From assembly GCA_964386905.1 (NCBI GenBank), contig CAYLUP010000001.1, positions 19,905 to 83,904 of the forward strand: 64,000 nt of DNA, given 5' to 3'. Both the position numbers and the translations under genes were made by a program. How positions within the stretch are numbered: position 1 is the first letter of the stretch; each line of letters starts with the position of its first letter. This DNA is from an uncultured Candidatus Saccharibacteria bacterium (GTDB lineage Bacteria > Patescibacteriota > Minisyncoccia > Phycocordibacterales > UBA6899). Positions 35,943-45,087 of the stretch are shown here, one piece after another. The notes below the pieces were generated by a model. That model made no database searches. It saw only the letters and a list, made by a program, of their open reading frames with translations, and was not told the origin of the DNA.

Positions 35943-36902
35943 TTATATGCTCCATATATTTCCAAGTAATGACTCAACAGTGATGAATGTCAGCCATGTT
36001 GCCAGAAGAAAAACTGCCTCAGTTTTTGAAATTGTCATCTCTGTCTTCATAAATGTAAATAAGAGGATAGAAGAGATGACCATAAATATTCCTGCGGAGT
36101 AGACAATGCGAAGCGGAAAAGAGAACGGGGAGATGGTTGCGAGAATACCAACAACAATAGTTGCGTCTGCGAGCACTGTTCCGAGAATGTCTCCAATTGC
36201 AAGTGAGTCATCTTTGCCGCGAACGGAATTAATCGCAATCATGAGCTCTGGGAGTGTTGTGCCCAGTCCGACCACGAGGATGCCAAGAAGAAGTGGGCTT
36301 ACTCCAATGAGTTGTGCGAGATCGAGAGTGGAAGTAACAGCAAAATGTGATCCAAAAATAAGGAGTCCCATGCTCACGAGAAAATAGAGAACACTCTTTA
36401 TGCGACTTTCGCGAAGAATTTCATCCGGCGGTGTATCATCAGTGTTATTTCTAAGCGCAGTGTAGTAGAAGATTCCTCCCGCAAGAATAAGAACGAGCCC
36501 TTCGAGGCGAGAGAGATGTCCGTTGAATCCAAGAATGATTGGGACGAGAAGAATGAGTGGGTAGATGACATGATTTTTGATAATCTTTCCTTCTACTTTG
36601 AGCCCTCTTCCTGCAAGAAGAATAACAACTGCAAAAATAAGTGTGAGATCAGCGACGTTTGATCCGAGAAGTGTTGCAAGACCAAGTGACGGGTTCCCTT
36701 CGATAGCAGAGTTAATCGACACCAGTGTTTCCGGAAGAATGGAAATTACGGCGACAACAATGAATCCGACTGTATATTTGGAAAGTTTAAAACTTCGAGC
36801 AATGGTTGCTGCATGTTTTGTCGCACCAGAGGCCCCGCGCACAATCGCTGCAAGCGAGCCGATCAAAAGAAATATTTGAAGAGCAATGATGAAGGAATCC
36901 AT
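35943..36902 (-). CDS. CaCA-family cation/Ca2+ exchanger (YrbG-like).
   Basis: Two alpha-repeat regions (GSNVADLTLIFAVVILLAG and GTTLPELMIAINSV). About 10 TM segments. Confidence 0.82.
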   Translation of the reverse strand: MDSFIIALQIFLLIGSLAAIVRGASGATKHAATIARSFKLSKYTVGFIVVAVISILPETLVSINSAIEGNPSLGLATLLGSNVADLTLIFAVVILLAGRGLKVEGKIIKNHVIYPLILLVPIILGFNGHLSRLEGLVLILAGGIFYYTALRNNTDDTPPDEILRESRIKSVLYFLVSMGLLIFGSHFAVTSTLDLAQLIGVSPLLLGILVVGLGTTLPELMIAINSVRGKDDSLAIGDILGTVLADATIVVGILATISPFSFPLRIVYSAGIFMVISSILLFTFMKTEMTISKTEAVFLLATWLTFITVESLLGNIWSI

Positions 36903-36904
36903 AA

Positions 36905-37510
36905 TTATTGTTTTGTATTGTGATCTGTAAAAAGTGTTGTGGAAGTGCTGCGGGCAAGAGTTGTAAGTGCTTCTCTGGCACCATGAAGGAGATCGCGGAG
37001 TTCTGTTGGGGCGCTGTCGAGTTTTTGGATGCTCAGGGTGCTGCTGATTGCTTCTGCAATATCATGTGCCTGTTTGAGTGGGAGTGATTGTGTATTGAGT
37101 TGAAGGCGAGCATTCTGGGCGTCAATGAGGCAAATATCAGTAATACGTTGCTCTGTCTTTCCAGTATCAGAACGGAGACGTGACGTAAGAACCTCTACTG
37201 CACGTGGAGCAAACTGGGTTATCTCTTGGGTGGGAGATCGAAGAAGCCGTTTCGTGTCTTTTGTGACATGCTGAAGGTGGAGGTTTATGGTGAGTGTGAT
37301 TGTTTTGTATACGTGAAAGATAAAGATGAGGCCAAGAAATGGGAAGGCAAGAAGAATGCCATAAAAGATCAACTCCTGTCCATCTTTAGGAGAAATATCT
37401 CCAAAACATGCGCCAATAAAAAGTATCCAAAAAATTGCACCGATGATGAGTGCGTTTGTGGATGTTTCAGAAAGGACAATAATTCCAGGTTCCTTCCGGA
37501 GAATCTTCAT
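36905..37510 (-). CDS. Hypothetical membrane protein.
   Basis: Two N-terminal TM helices. The ORF-track start is a TTG, and the first ATG (MKILRKEP) was used instead. Confidence 0.45.
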   Translation of the reverse strand: MKILRKEPGIIVLSETSTNALIIGAIFWILFIGACFGDISPKDGQELIFYGILLAFPFLGLIFIFHVYKTITLTINLHLQHVTKDTKRLLRSPTQEITQFAPRAVEVLTSRLRSDTGKTEQRITDICLIDAQNARLQLNTQSLPLKQAHDIAEAISSTLSIQKLDSAPTELRDLLHGAREALTTLARSTSTTLFTDHNTKQ

Positions 37511-37578
37511 TATGGCCAATTATATCATGAATTTGCTCTGGTCGGACGAGAAAAAGCATACTACAATAGAATATAACT

Positions 37579-38784
37579 ATGGAAGAAAATGGACACCCAG
37601 AAGAGAAGCGGGGAATTACGATGCCCGTTTTTGTTGTATCGATTGTGAGTTTTTTGAATGATGTTGCCTCGGATATGATATATCCTATTGTTCCGATTTT
37701 TTTGACTACCGTTCTTGGTGCACCGGTTACAGTTGTGGGACTCATGGAGGGAATTGCAGAATCAACATCAAGTTTTTTGCGTATCGCATCGGGAGCTGCG
37801 TCAGATAAGCTCCGAAAGCGAAAACCCTTTATCGTGATAGGGTATATGCTTTCTGCGTCGTCGAAATTCTTTTATGCATTTGCGACATCATGGCATTCTG
37901 TACTTGTCGGACGGTTTTCTGACCGTCTCGGAAAAGGAGTCCGTACAGCTGCCCGGGATGCGTATATTGCACAAAATACTGCACCAAGGGATCGTGGAAA
38001 GGCATTTGGCTTTCATCGAGGAATGGACACGCTTGGAGCCGTTGCCGGCCCCTTGATCGGTATTCTTTTATTGCAGTATTTCGGAGAGGATTATCACAAA
38101 ATATTTCTCTTCTCACTAATTCCAACGGCAATTGCCGTTGCATTACTGATTATTTTTCTCAAGGAAAAACCATGGGATATTCCCGAGAAGAATGAGCGCA
38201 CCTCTATCCGCGGTGTCTTGAGGAACTTTCCTAAACCGCTCATTATCTTCCTTGTGATTAATATGATTTTTGCAATTGGAAATAGTTCTGATGCATTTAT
38301 TATTTTGCGTACACAGGGGCTTGGCTTTACGATGATTTCAACGATTCTTGTGTATGCATTGTTTAACTTTACATATGCGAGCTTTTCGGTCCCCGCAGGT
38401 ATTGTTTCAGACAAGATGGGGCCAAGGAATATTCTCGTGCTTGGGTTTATCATCTTTTCTGTAGTCTATCTCCTTTTTGGATATGCGACGACGCCGCTCT
38501 TTATTTGGATATTATTCCCACTCTATGGTGTCTATATGGCACTTACAGATGGAGTGAGTAAGGCTTATATCTCAAATATTGTTCCTGGGGAAGTGCTTGG
38601 AACTGCATATGGTATCTATCAATTTGCGATTGGATTCTGTGCGTTCTTTGCATCACTTATCGCCGGACTTCTCTGGACAAAGGTTGGCGAGCAGGCACCG
38701 TTCATTTTCGGAGGCGTCATGGCTCTCATTGCCGCACTCCTCCTTATTCTTGTTGGTCCGAAAAGGAAGCCTATAACTGAATAG
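37579..38784 (+). CDS. MFS transporter.
   Basis: 12 predicted TM helices. MFS motif A-like GRFSDRLGKG between TM2 and TM3. Confidence 0.82.
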   Translation: MEENGHPEEKRGITMPVFVVSIVSFLNDVASDMIYPIVPIFLTTVLGAPVTVVGLMEGIAESTSSFLRIASGAASDKLRKRKPFIVIGYMLSASSKFFYAFATSWHSVLVGRFSDRLGKGVRTAARDAYIAQNTAPRDRGKAFGFHRGMDTLGAVAGPLIGILLLQYFGEDYHKIFLFSLIPTAIAVALLIIFLKEKPWDIPEKNERTSIRGVLRNFPKPLIIFLVINMIFAIGNSSDAFIILRTQGLGFTMISTILVYALFNFTYASFSVPAGIVSDKMGPRNILVLGFIIFSVVYLLFGYATTPLFIWILFPLYGVYMALTDGVSKAYISNIVPGEVLGTAYGIYQFAIGFCAFFASLIAGLLWTKVGEQAPFIFGGVMALIAALLLILVGPKRKPITE

Positions 38785-38785
38785 T

Positions 38786-39238
38786 ATGAAGTACGTAGAA
38801 TATCTTGCGCAGCTTCCCGAACATTTTTGTCCTTTTTGTGAGGCGGCAGAGAGAGTTATTTCTGAACAGTCACTAAGCTTTCTGACATACGCACGTGCAC
38901 CGTATCAGAAGCATCATCTTCTTGTGGTTCCCAAGCGACATGTCGAACACTTCCTCGATTTGTCACGAGGTGAATTATCTTCTATTGAGTATGGAATACG
39001 CGAAGCCTTCTCTCTTTTGCATGAACTCGGATATCACGACATTTCTGTATTAGTTCGAGATGGGAAAGTGGGGGATGTGCGATCGGTCGCTCATGTGCAT
39101 TATCACGTGATTCCAGAACACCATATTGGAGATTTAGATATTGATGGCAAAGAACGCACTGTTCTTGAAGGGGAAGACATTGTCTTGCTTCTTGATGAGC
39201 TTCGTAAACATCTTCCGAAATACAAAAATCACCTCTAA
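38786..39238 (+). CDS. HIT-family (histidine triad) nucleotide hydrolase/transferase.
   Basis: CPFCE zinc motif plus the HVHYHVIP histidine triad. Confidence 0.8.
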   Translation: MKYVEYLAQLPEHFCPFCEAAERVISEQSLSFLTYARAPYQKHHLLVVPKRHVEHFLDLSRGELSSIEYGIREAFSLLHELGYHDISVLVRDGKVGDVRSVAHVHYHVIPEHHIGDLDIDGKERTVLEGEDIVLLLDELRKHLPKYKNHL

Positions 39239-39302
39239 GGGTGATTTTTGTATCATGACCTACTCCTTTATGGTTAGATAAGCATAGTGTTGGGGTAAAA
39301 CA

Positions 39303-39809
39303 TTAGTGTTGAGCGAGTAATTCAATCCGGAGACCTTTTCTGCGCGCATGGCGTAAAACCTCATGAACGTGGTTATTTCTGTTGGTTGTAAATGCAAAGA
39401 CTTCTTCTGCAAGCTCGAGTTCTTTTTTGCGAGTACTGTGTTCCTTATTCACTCTAATGGTTTGCGATTCGTCCAGCTCTACAAAATTCTTTGGGTTCAG
39501 GACCTTGAGGTCCAGTAGAGCTGCCGCAAGACCATCGACAATTTCTGGAGTAATATGGCGGCTATGGTTTAGCCGGTCACGACACCATGCAATATAGCTT
39601 CGCAACTTAGTGGGTAAAATGACTTTTATCCGAGAGCCAGACGGATCAAAACGAAGTGCTTCGGTAATGGCGTAATAGTCAACGCCAGGTGAGCCCCCAG
39701 TTACTATACCAGCTCCATGAAGGAGTACCCATCGTACCGCCGCGCGGACATCTAGTTCTCTCTGCCGCGTTTCGGGTTCCTCGGATCCGGTAAACATGAT
39801 CCATTTCAT
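39303..39809 (-). CDS. SLOG/DUF2493-like Rossmann-fold protein (DprA/LOG/YspA superfamily). Paralog A.
   Basis: MKWIMFTGSEE...GIVTGGSPGVDYYAITEALR glycine-rich nucleotide-binding loop typical of the DprA/SLOG fold. Start could also be 39821. Confidence 0.55.
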   Translation of the reverse strand: MKWIMFTGSEEPETRQRELDVRAAVRWVLLHGAGIVTGGSPGVDYYAITEALRFDPSGSRIKVILPTKLRSYIAWCRDRLNHSRHITPEIVDGLAAALLDLKVLNPKNFVELDESQTIRVNKEHSTRKKELELAEEVFAFTTNRNNHVHEVLRHARRKGLRIELLAQH

Positions 39810-39864
39810 AGTATTGTACATTGCACCTCGCACAAAGAGCAATCATCGCACGAAGTGTTCGAGT

Positions 39865-40386
39865 TTATAATTGCTCTGTGACAGCGTACTTTCTCTGAAG
39901 TCCAATTTTGACTCCTCGGCGTCGCGCTTTCTCAACGAGCAGTTCGGTAGATACGCTATTATTGACCTGAAAAGCGTACACCTCTCCAACCGCACCAATC
40001 TGCCGAATGCGATTTGCAGTATACATTTCTTCTGAAACTTCATCGCCTGATGGAAGTTCAAAGAAATGTTCTGGACGCACCTTCTTTAATACCCTCAAGG
40101 CGCCTTCGAGATTATCTATCTCCTTTTTCGTCACAGGAGGGACACAAAGGTGCTTGCGATAGTAACGAATGTAGCTCTCGAGACCTGCGGGGATATAGAC
40201 TTTGACATGACCTCCAGTTGGGTCATAGCGTAACGCTTCTGTGAGCGCATAATAGTCGACTCCCGTGGAACCACCAGTCACTATACCATCGCCACGAATC
40301 AGTGCGCGGCGGACTTGAGCGCGAACATCTGCTTCGACGTTTACCGTCTTCAGCCGCCACGCTCCCGTGAACAGTATCCATTTCAT
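39865..40386 (-). CDS. SLOG/DUF2493-like Rossmann-fold protein. Paralog B.
   Basis: MKWILFTGAWR...GIVTGGSTGVDYYALTEALR. Clear paralogy to 39303..39809 through the first ~100 aa. Confidence 0.55.
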   Translation of the reverse strand: MKWILFTGAWRLKTVNVEADVRAQVRRALIRGDGIVTGGSTGVDYYALTEALRYDPTGGHVKVYIPAGLESYIRYYRKHLCVPPVTKKEIDNLEGALRVLKKVRPEHFFELPSGDEVSEEMYTANRIRQIGAVGEVYAFQVNNSVSTELLVEKARRRGVKIGLQRKYAVTEQL

Positions 40387-40642
40387 AAGTCTGCTTGTTA
40401 AACTACTAATGTGTGTTACTTGTAATTCTATATTTATTACACCTGATAGTGCGTATTCTTTCAATCACAGTGCGTCCACTTCGGAGCATGTGGATAATTA
40501 TTGGGTTGCTGGTGACGAAGGAAAGGGGATATTTTGAAGAAAAAAATAAAATCTTCGTGCATTATGCACAGACCTGTGGATAACTCGCGTGACAGTGTCG
40601 AATAGTGTGTATAGAGAATTTAGGGGGATGAAATGAATACTA

Positions 40643-40993
40643 GTGGAGAGTGGATGGTGGATGGTGGATAGGAAGAAGAGAATGGGGGATAGGGGATAGA
40701 GAATGGTAAGAAAAGTTTCTAGTTGAAAGAAAATGCATTGTCATTGTGAAGACGACCTGTACTCGGGTCGTCTGTGGCAATCCAGGACGATGTTGGTATT
40801 TCGTATGAACTAAAACTAAAACTCATACTAAAACTACTCTTGGCAATCCAGGACTCTATTGGCGTAATCATCTACTGGCTTTTCCGCCTGCAATGTGCTA
40901 TAAATGTATGGCTCGAAAGAGTAAAAAGCGAATAGCGAATAGCGAATAGAGTTTGTTGCATTTTCTATTCTCTATCCTCAATTCTCCATTCTC
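40643..40993 (+). repeat. Copy 2 of the repeated structured element, upstream of tRNA-Gln. Its left end is purine-rich (GTGGAGA GTGGATG GTGGATG GTGGATAGG...GAGAATGGGGGATAGGGGATAGAGAATGG). Its right end (CTATTCTCTATCCTCAATTCTCCATTCTC) is an imperfect inverted copy.
   Basis: Shares the 57 nt core (2 mismatches) and the duplicated TTGGCAATCCAGGACT with copy 1. The terminal inverted repeats are about 30 bp with roughly 75% complementarity. A GCGAATA x3 heptamer array lies inside. Confidence 0.6.
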
Positions 40994-40995
40994 AA

Positions 40996-41040
40996 AATTC
41001 ATTACCAGATCGTCTAAAGGTAAGAATGGCCTTTCAGGCA
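40996..41040 (+). repeat. Partial degenerate duplicate of the tRNA-Gln 5' half.
   Basis: AATTCATTACCAGATCGTCTAAAGGTA (27 nt) is identical to 41190..41216, then diverges (AGAATGGCCTTTCAGGCAC versus GGACAGAGGCCTTTGAAGCC). Confidence 0.6.
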
Positions 41041-41196
41041 CCAGGCATTCTTGCCCGAAAATGTCTCGCCACCGCGAGCCAGTTCAACTCGAGCAATCAC
41101 TGCGTTCTTGCTCTTACGGGTAGGAAAGAGGCAAGCCTCTGTCTGTCGTTTGTGTGTTGTGCTGTGTGGGGAATATTGTTCGAAAATATAATTCAT

Positions 41197-41267
41197 TACC
41201 AGATCGTCTAAAGGTAGGACAGAGGCCTTTGAAGCCTTTAATCTAGGTTCGATTCCTAGTCTGGTAA
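41197..41267 (+). tRNA. tRNA-Gln, anticodon TTG.
   Basis: Acceptor TACCAGA/TCTGGTA. Anticodon arm GAGGC-CTTTGAA-GCCTT. T-arm CTAGG-TTCGATT-CCTAG. CCA not encoded. Confidence 0.85.
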
Positions 41268-41272
41268 CAAAT

Positions 41273-41304
41273 ACAAAAAAAGATACGTAAGTATCTTTTT
41301 TTTG
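41273..41304 (+). terminator. Terminator after tRNA-Gln.
   Basis: aaaaaaAGATACgtaaGTATCTttttttt. Confidence 0.75.
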
Positions 41305-41422
41305 TATTCAAATAGGTTGTGATCAAAAAACTTTTCACATGTCATTGACTCCATTACATATTTCCATTAGTCTTGAAAAAGGTTGTTCAACTATTCACCA
41401 TACCCTGGAGGCTCGTGTGAGC

Positions 41423-41668
41423 ATGAAGAAGTTCGCCCTTGCAGTGCTGTGCTTTACTGTCATATCGCTTGCAATAATGTTTGGCATCGCTTTTGCGATG
41501 GGGAAGTTCATGGTACCGCCTTCTTCACTCAATGCATTCGTGACGAAATATCTCGGCGCGTATGGTCCGCTTATTATCTACATCACGCTGTCGACGCTTG
41601 GTTCTGGTTTTGCATTTCTTGTGACCAAGAAGCTCTTTCGCCCAAAAATGGTTAAAAAAGAAGCATAA
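41423..41668 (+). CDS. Small membrane protein (81 aa, 2 TM).
   Basis: MKKFALAVLCFTVISLAIMFGIAFAMG, plus a second TM. Weak SD. Confidence 0.4.
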   Translation: MKKFALAVLCFTVISLAIMFGIAFAMGKFMVPPSSLNAFVTKYLGAYGPLIIYITLSTLGSGFAFLVTKKLFRPKMVKKEA

Positions 41669-41784
41669 ATACACATGGGGCAATGCCCATTTTGTTTGAT
41701 GTTTTCGAATTGCCATCCTCATGTAGATAGCTTATGTGCTAAAGAAGCTAGTGTTTCAAACAAAAACACCCAATCGGGTGCTTT

Positions 41785-43038
41785 TTATTTCTTCCTCTTG
41801 TCTTCTTTCAATACAAACACATCATCTCCAGCTTTGAGTGTCTTTCCAACTTTGATCGCGACACGATCTCCCTGAACTGCTTTTTTGACTTGCTTGTGGT
41901 CTTTTTCCATTGACACAATGCTTTCTTCGTAACTTCCTGTTGAACTTCCTTGATAAATAAGTGTATCTCCAGTCTTGATGGGAGTGTCTCCCTGGACGGT
42001 GATTTCTGCAACTTGGATATTTTTGTAGAACTTTATGACTTTACCAACGTGTACCTTTTTCTGCTTTGCTTCATTTCCGCCGGTCTTTGTCCATTCATTG
42101 ATTGGCTTTCCGAGGAAAAAACCTGAACTTTGTCCGCGATGATACACCGTGTCGAGTTCTGCATTGAGTGTTTCTTTGAGTCGCGAGAGTTCCTCTTTGA
42201 ATGTTTTGTCGTGCTTTTTTGCTGCGTAGATAAAATCGACAATCTTGCGATATGCAGAAACGACATGCGCGACGTACTCTGGGCTGCGATTGCGTCCTTC
42301 AATCTTCAGACAGTCAACATCTGCTTCGAGAATCTGGTCAATAAAATCTATTGTTCGAAGATCTTTTGGGCTCATGACGTAGTCTGTGCCCAAGAGAAGC
42401 TCTGCGTCTCCGTCGGCTTGTTTGATGAGGTACTGTCTTCTGCATGGCTGTGTACACTCTCCGCGATTTGCGGATTTTCCACAGGTAAATTGTGACATAA
42501 AACAGCGTCCAGACATGGATACACACATCGCACCATGAATAAAGATCTCAATCTGTGCTTTGGTTTCTTTCCGAATCTGTTTAATCTGCTCAAGGGAACA
42601 TTCACGGGCGAGGACAACACGCGTTGCTCCGAGTTTCTTGTAGAAGTTTGCCGCCGTGCTATTTGCAATACTTGCTTGTGTACTGATGTGAAATTCAAGC
42701 TTGTGTTTCTTTGCAAGTTCAATGACAGCGAGGTCCCAACAGATAACCGCAGTAATGCCAGCTGCTTTGACTTTTTGTAACAATGCATCAACCTTCTTTA
42801 CCTCATTGTTGTAAATAATAATATTCAGCGTGAGATAGGTTTTAATCTTTGCCTCATTCGCAATGCGTGCAATTTTCTTTAAATCACCAACAGTAAAGTT
42901 CTTGGCATTGGCGCGCATATTGAATCCTTGGATTCCAAAAAATACTGCGTCCGCACCACTGTTAATCGCAGCGGTTAAGGATGTCCAGTCTTGAATTGGA
43001 GCAAGAATTTCTGGCTTCTTTTTTATGTTGATTTTCAT
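41785..43038 (-). CDS. Peptidase U32 family protein (PrtC/YegQ-like, possibly the tRNA-modifying U32 type).
   Basis: N-terminal TIM-barrel region (ILAPIQDWTSLTAAINSGADAVFFG). U32 Cys-rich signature E.FIHGAMCVSMSGRCFMS...C. C-terminal beta-domain. Confidence 0.82.
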   Translation of the reverse strand: MKINIKKKPEILAPIQDWTSLTAAINSGADAVFFGIQGFNMRANAKNFTVGDLKKIARIANEAKIKTYLTLNIIIYNNEVKKVDALLQKVKAAGITAVICWDLAVIELAKKHKLEFHISTQASIANSTAANFYKKLGATRVVLARECSLEQIKQIRKETKAQIEIFIHGAMCVSMSGRCFMSQFTCGKSANRGECTQPCRRQYLIKQADGDAELLLGTDYVMSPKDLRTIDFIDQILEADVDCLKIEGRNRSPEYVAHVVSAYRKIVDFIYAAKKHDKTFKEELSRLKETLNAELDTVYHRGQSSGFFLGKPINEWTKTGGNEAKQKKVHVGKVIKFYKNIQVAEITVQGDTPIKTGDTLIYQGSSTGSYEESIVSMEKDHKQVKKAVQGDRVAIKVGKTLKAGDDVFVLKEDKRKK

Positions 43039-43148
43039 ACAATATGGGTATTGTATCGCATATGAAATATCTGTGTATATGGTGCCTTTCTTTTGTGTGT
43101 GTCACAAAGTGGGGCACTGTTTGTTTTGTCTGTATATTCCATACGCTT

Positions 43149-43613
43149 ATGAATAAAAACACATATATTACCATCGCAATCGTGTGCGTTTTTGCAGTGG
43201 CTCTTACGGGTATTTTCTTATACGCAAAACGGAGCGCAGCTCCTGTGCCCCCAGTCGTTGAGACGGGGGAGGAAGGAGTGCTTGCTGCCTATACGGATGA
43301 GAGCTGGAAAACCATGATACCAGAATCATGCCTATCGTATTATGATGGGTGTAATACCTGTACGCGAGTCAAAGGACAAGCATCTGCGTCTTGTACAGAG
43401 AGGTATTGCACTGTGTACAGCAAACCACGATGTCTTGATCAAGATTCCGGTCCTTATACTAGTGAGAGCTGGAAGACCATTATTGATCAGAACTGCCGGA
43501 CGTTTAATGATGGATGCAATACCTGTACGCGCATGGACGATGGGGGTGCGGCATGTACGCGGATGATGTGTCAAGCATATGCTCGCCCAGAATGTCTTGA
43601 TGCAAAGGGATAA
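43149..43613 (+). CDS. Membrane-anchored/secreted protein with two tandem 6-Cys repeats (ESWKT-x-DGCNTCTR-x-C).
   Basis: N-terminal TM or signal (ITIAIVCVFAVALTGIFLY). Internal duplication ESWKTMIPESCLSYYDGCNTCTRV...CLD / ESWKTIIDQNCRTFNDGCNTCTRM...CLD. Confidence 0.6.
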   Translation: MNKNTYITIAIVCVFAVALTGIFLYAKRSAAPVPPVVETGEEGVLAAYTDESWKTMIPESCLSYYDGCNTCTRVKGQASASCTERYCTVYSKPRCLDQDSGPYTSESWKTIIDQNCRTFNDGCNTCTRMDDGGAACTRMMCQAYARPECLDAKG

Positions 43614-43713
43614 GAAAAACCAGAAGCATGTACTTCTGGTTTTTATGTTGTGCACTTGCTAGGGCTGAACGAGGTGATTACATAGATCATTTCTAACTTA
43701 TTCAGTCGCTGAA

Positions 43714-44355
43714 TTATGAGGTGCGAGTTTTTTGAAAAAAGGCTTTGAGTGGGTATATTAGAATGGTTATTCCTGCTTGCAATATGATGCCATACAGGAT
43801 AAGGAGCGTTGCCTGGAGAGCGATAGTGGTGAGCGGGTGAATGTCAAAAAAAAGAAGGGGGAGAACGATAACCCAAGCGTGTTTGAGATCCTGATATGAT
43901 GGACCGAGCATCGCACCAATATTCAAAAGGAGAAAAAGAATAATTCCACTGATGACTGAGAATGAAAGCGTTGAATAAAAGGCTAGTGCATGATGGATGA
44001 GGACAACGAGCGATTCAAAATGGAGAGAGAGCGGCGGAACGGTGGAAAGAATTGCTGTGTGGAAAAATGAGAGAATAGAGAGGCAGACAATAAAAGGAGC
44101 CAGTGCGATAAGCGCATTTCCGATGAACGGCAGTTTTGATGGTGTATGTGTGACATGTGGCTGTGGCGGGCGGATTGAAAATTCAGTTACTTTAGCCCCT
44201 GTGAGTACTGCTATACACGCGTGAGCTGTTTCATGTATTAATGCTCCGAGGATATAGGAATATCGTGTGAAAGGGGAGTTGAGATATTTCCAGTTGATCC
44301 AGTTGCTTACGTATGCGAGAGCAGAAAGCAGAAGAATGGCGATTCCCGTGGTCAT
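43714..44355 (-). CDS. Polytopic membrane protein with an HExxH motif (putative intramembrane zinc metalloprotease-like).
   Basis: HETAH within a TM-flanked segment. About 6 TM helices. Confidence 0.5.
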   Translation of the reverse strand: MTTGIAILLLSALAYVSNWINWKYLNSPFTRYSYILGALIHETAHACIAVLTGAKVTEFSIRPPQPHVTHTPSKLPFIGNALIALAPFIVCLSILSFFHTAILSTVPPLSLHFESLVVLIHHALAFYSTLSFSVISGIILFLLLNIGAMLGPSYQDLKHAWVIVLPLLFFDIHPLTTIALQATLLILYGIILQAGITILIYPLKAFFQKTRTS

Positions 44356-44419
44356 TGCTTTAAGAGTATCATATTTTTCTATCTTGAGTATTTGAAAGAT
44401 TTCTTTATAATACGGTCAT

Positions 44420-44800
44420 ATGGAACAGCGTATGACAGAGGCCAAAAGGTTTTCACTTGTTCGTCGCATGCAGAGTTTTGTTCATGCTGGAAGAGGATTG
44501 AATATTTTTCTAAGAACAACACATAATGCGTGGATTCAAATTCTTTGCTTTTTGGGGGTTATAATTCTCGGTATTGTGTTAAACATCGCGCGTATTGATT
44601 GGATTGCACTTCTTCTCATCGGTGTAATCGTTCTTGTTGCAGAAATCATCAATACAGCTATTGAGATTGATATCAATCTGACCTCTCCCGAGTATCATCC
44701 ATATGCACGAGACACAAAAGATGTCGCTGCGGCTGCTGTTCTGGTCGCGTCGATATTTGCATTGGTTGTTGGATTGTTTGTCTTTGCCCCATACTTGTAA
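44420..44800 (+). CDS. dgkA: Diacylglycerol/undecaprenol kinase, DgkA family.
   Basis: SFVHAGRGL ... VAEIINTAIE ... DTKDVAAAAVLVAS, conserved DgkA blocks. Three TM helices. Confidence 0.78.
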   Translation: MEQRMTEAKRFSLVRRMQSFVHAGRGLNIFLRTTHNAWIQILCFLGVIILGIVLNIARIDWIALLLIGVIVLVAEIINTAIEIDINLTSPEYHPYARDTKDVAAAAVLVASIFALVVGLFVFAPYL

Positions 44801-44826
44801 AAAAGTCCCCAGAGGGGGGACTTTTT

Positions 44827-45030
44827 CTATCGTGTCTTGAAGCGGCCGCGGTAGAGCTGTGCACGATCAATGCGATCGTCTTCGCGATCTTCATCCGCAA
44901 GGCGCTGCCGTTCCGAAAAAGGGTCTTTGATCCCTTGTTCTACCTGCTCAGGAGTGAGCATGCGAATATTCGGGTCGACACCAACGAGCTTTTTATACAG
45001 AGTCACGCGATCTTCAGGGATGAGTGTCAT
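44827..45030 (-). CDS. Small hypothetical protein (67 aa).
   Basis: AAGGTGGctataATG SD. Start moved from the GTG to the ATG (MTLIPEDRV). Confidence 0.45.
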   Translation of the reverse strand: MTLIPEDRVTLYKKLVGVDPNIRMLTPEQVEQGIKDPFSERQRLADEDREDDRIDRAQLYRGRFKTR

Positions 45031-45087
45031 TATAGCCACCTTTCTTTCTCTGTGCGTATCATAGGGGGATTTTAATTTTTTTGCAAG

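Noticed and set aside
44420-44800. Whether the DgkA-like ORF could be a phage holin, given its small size and three TM helices.
   Set aside because: The conserved DgkA blocks (HAGRGL, EIINTAIE, KDVAAAAVL) are all present in order.
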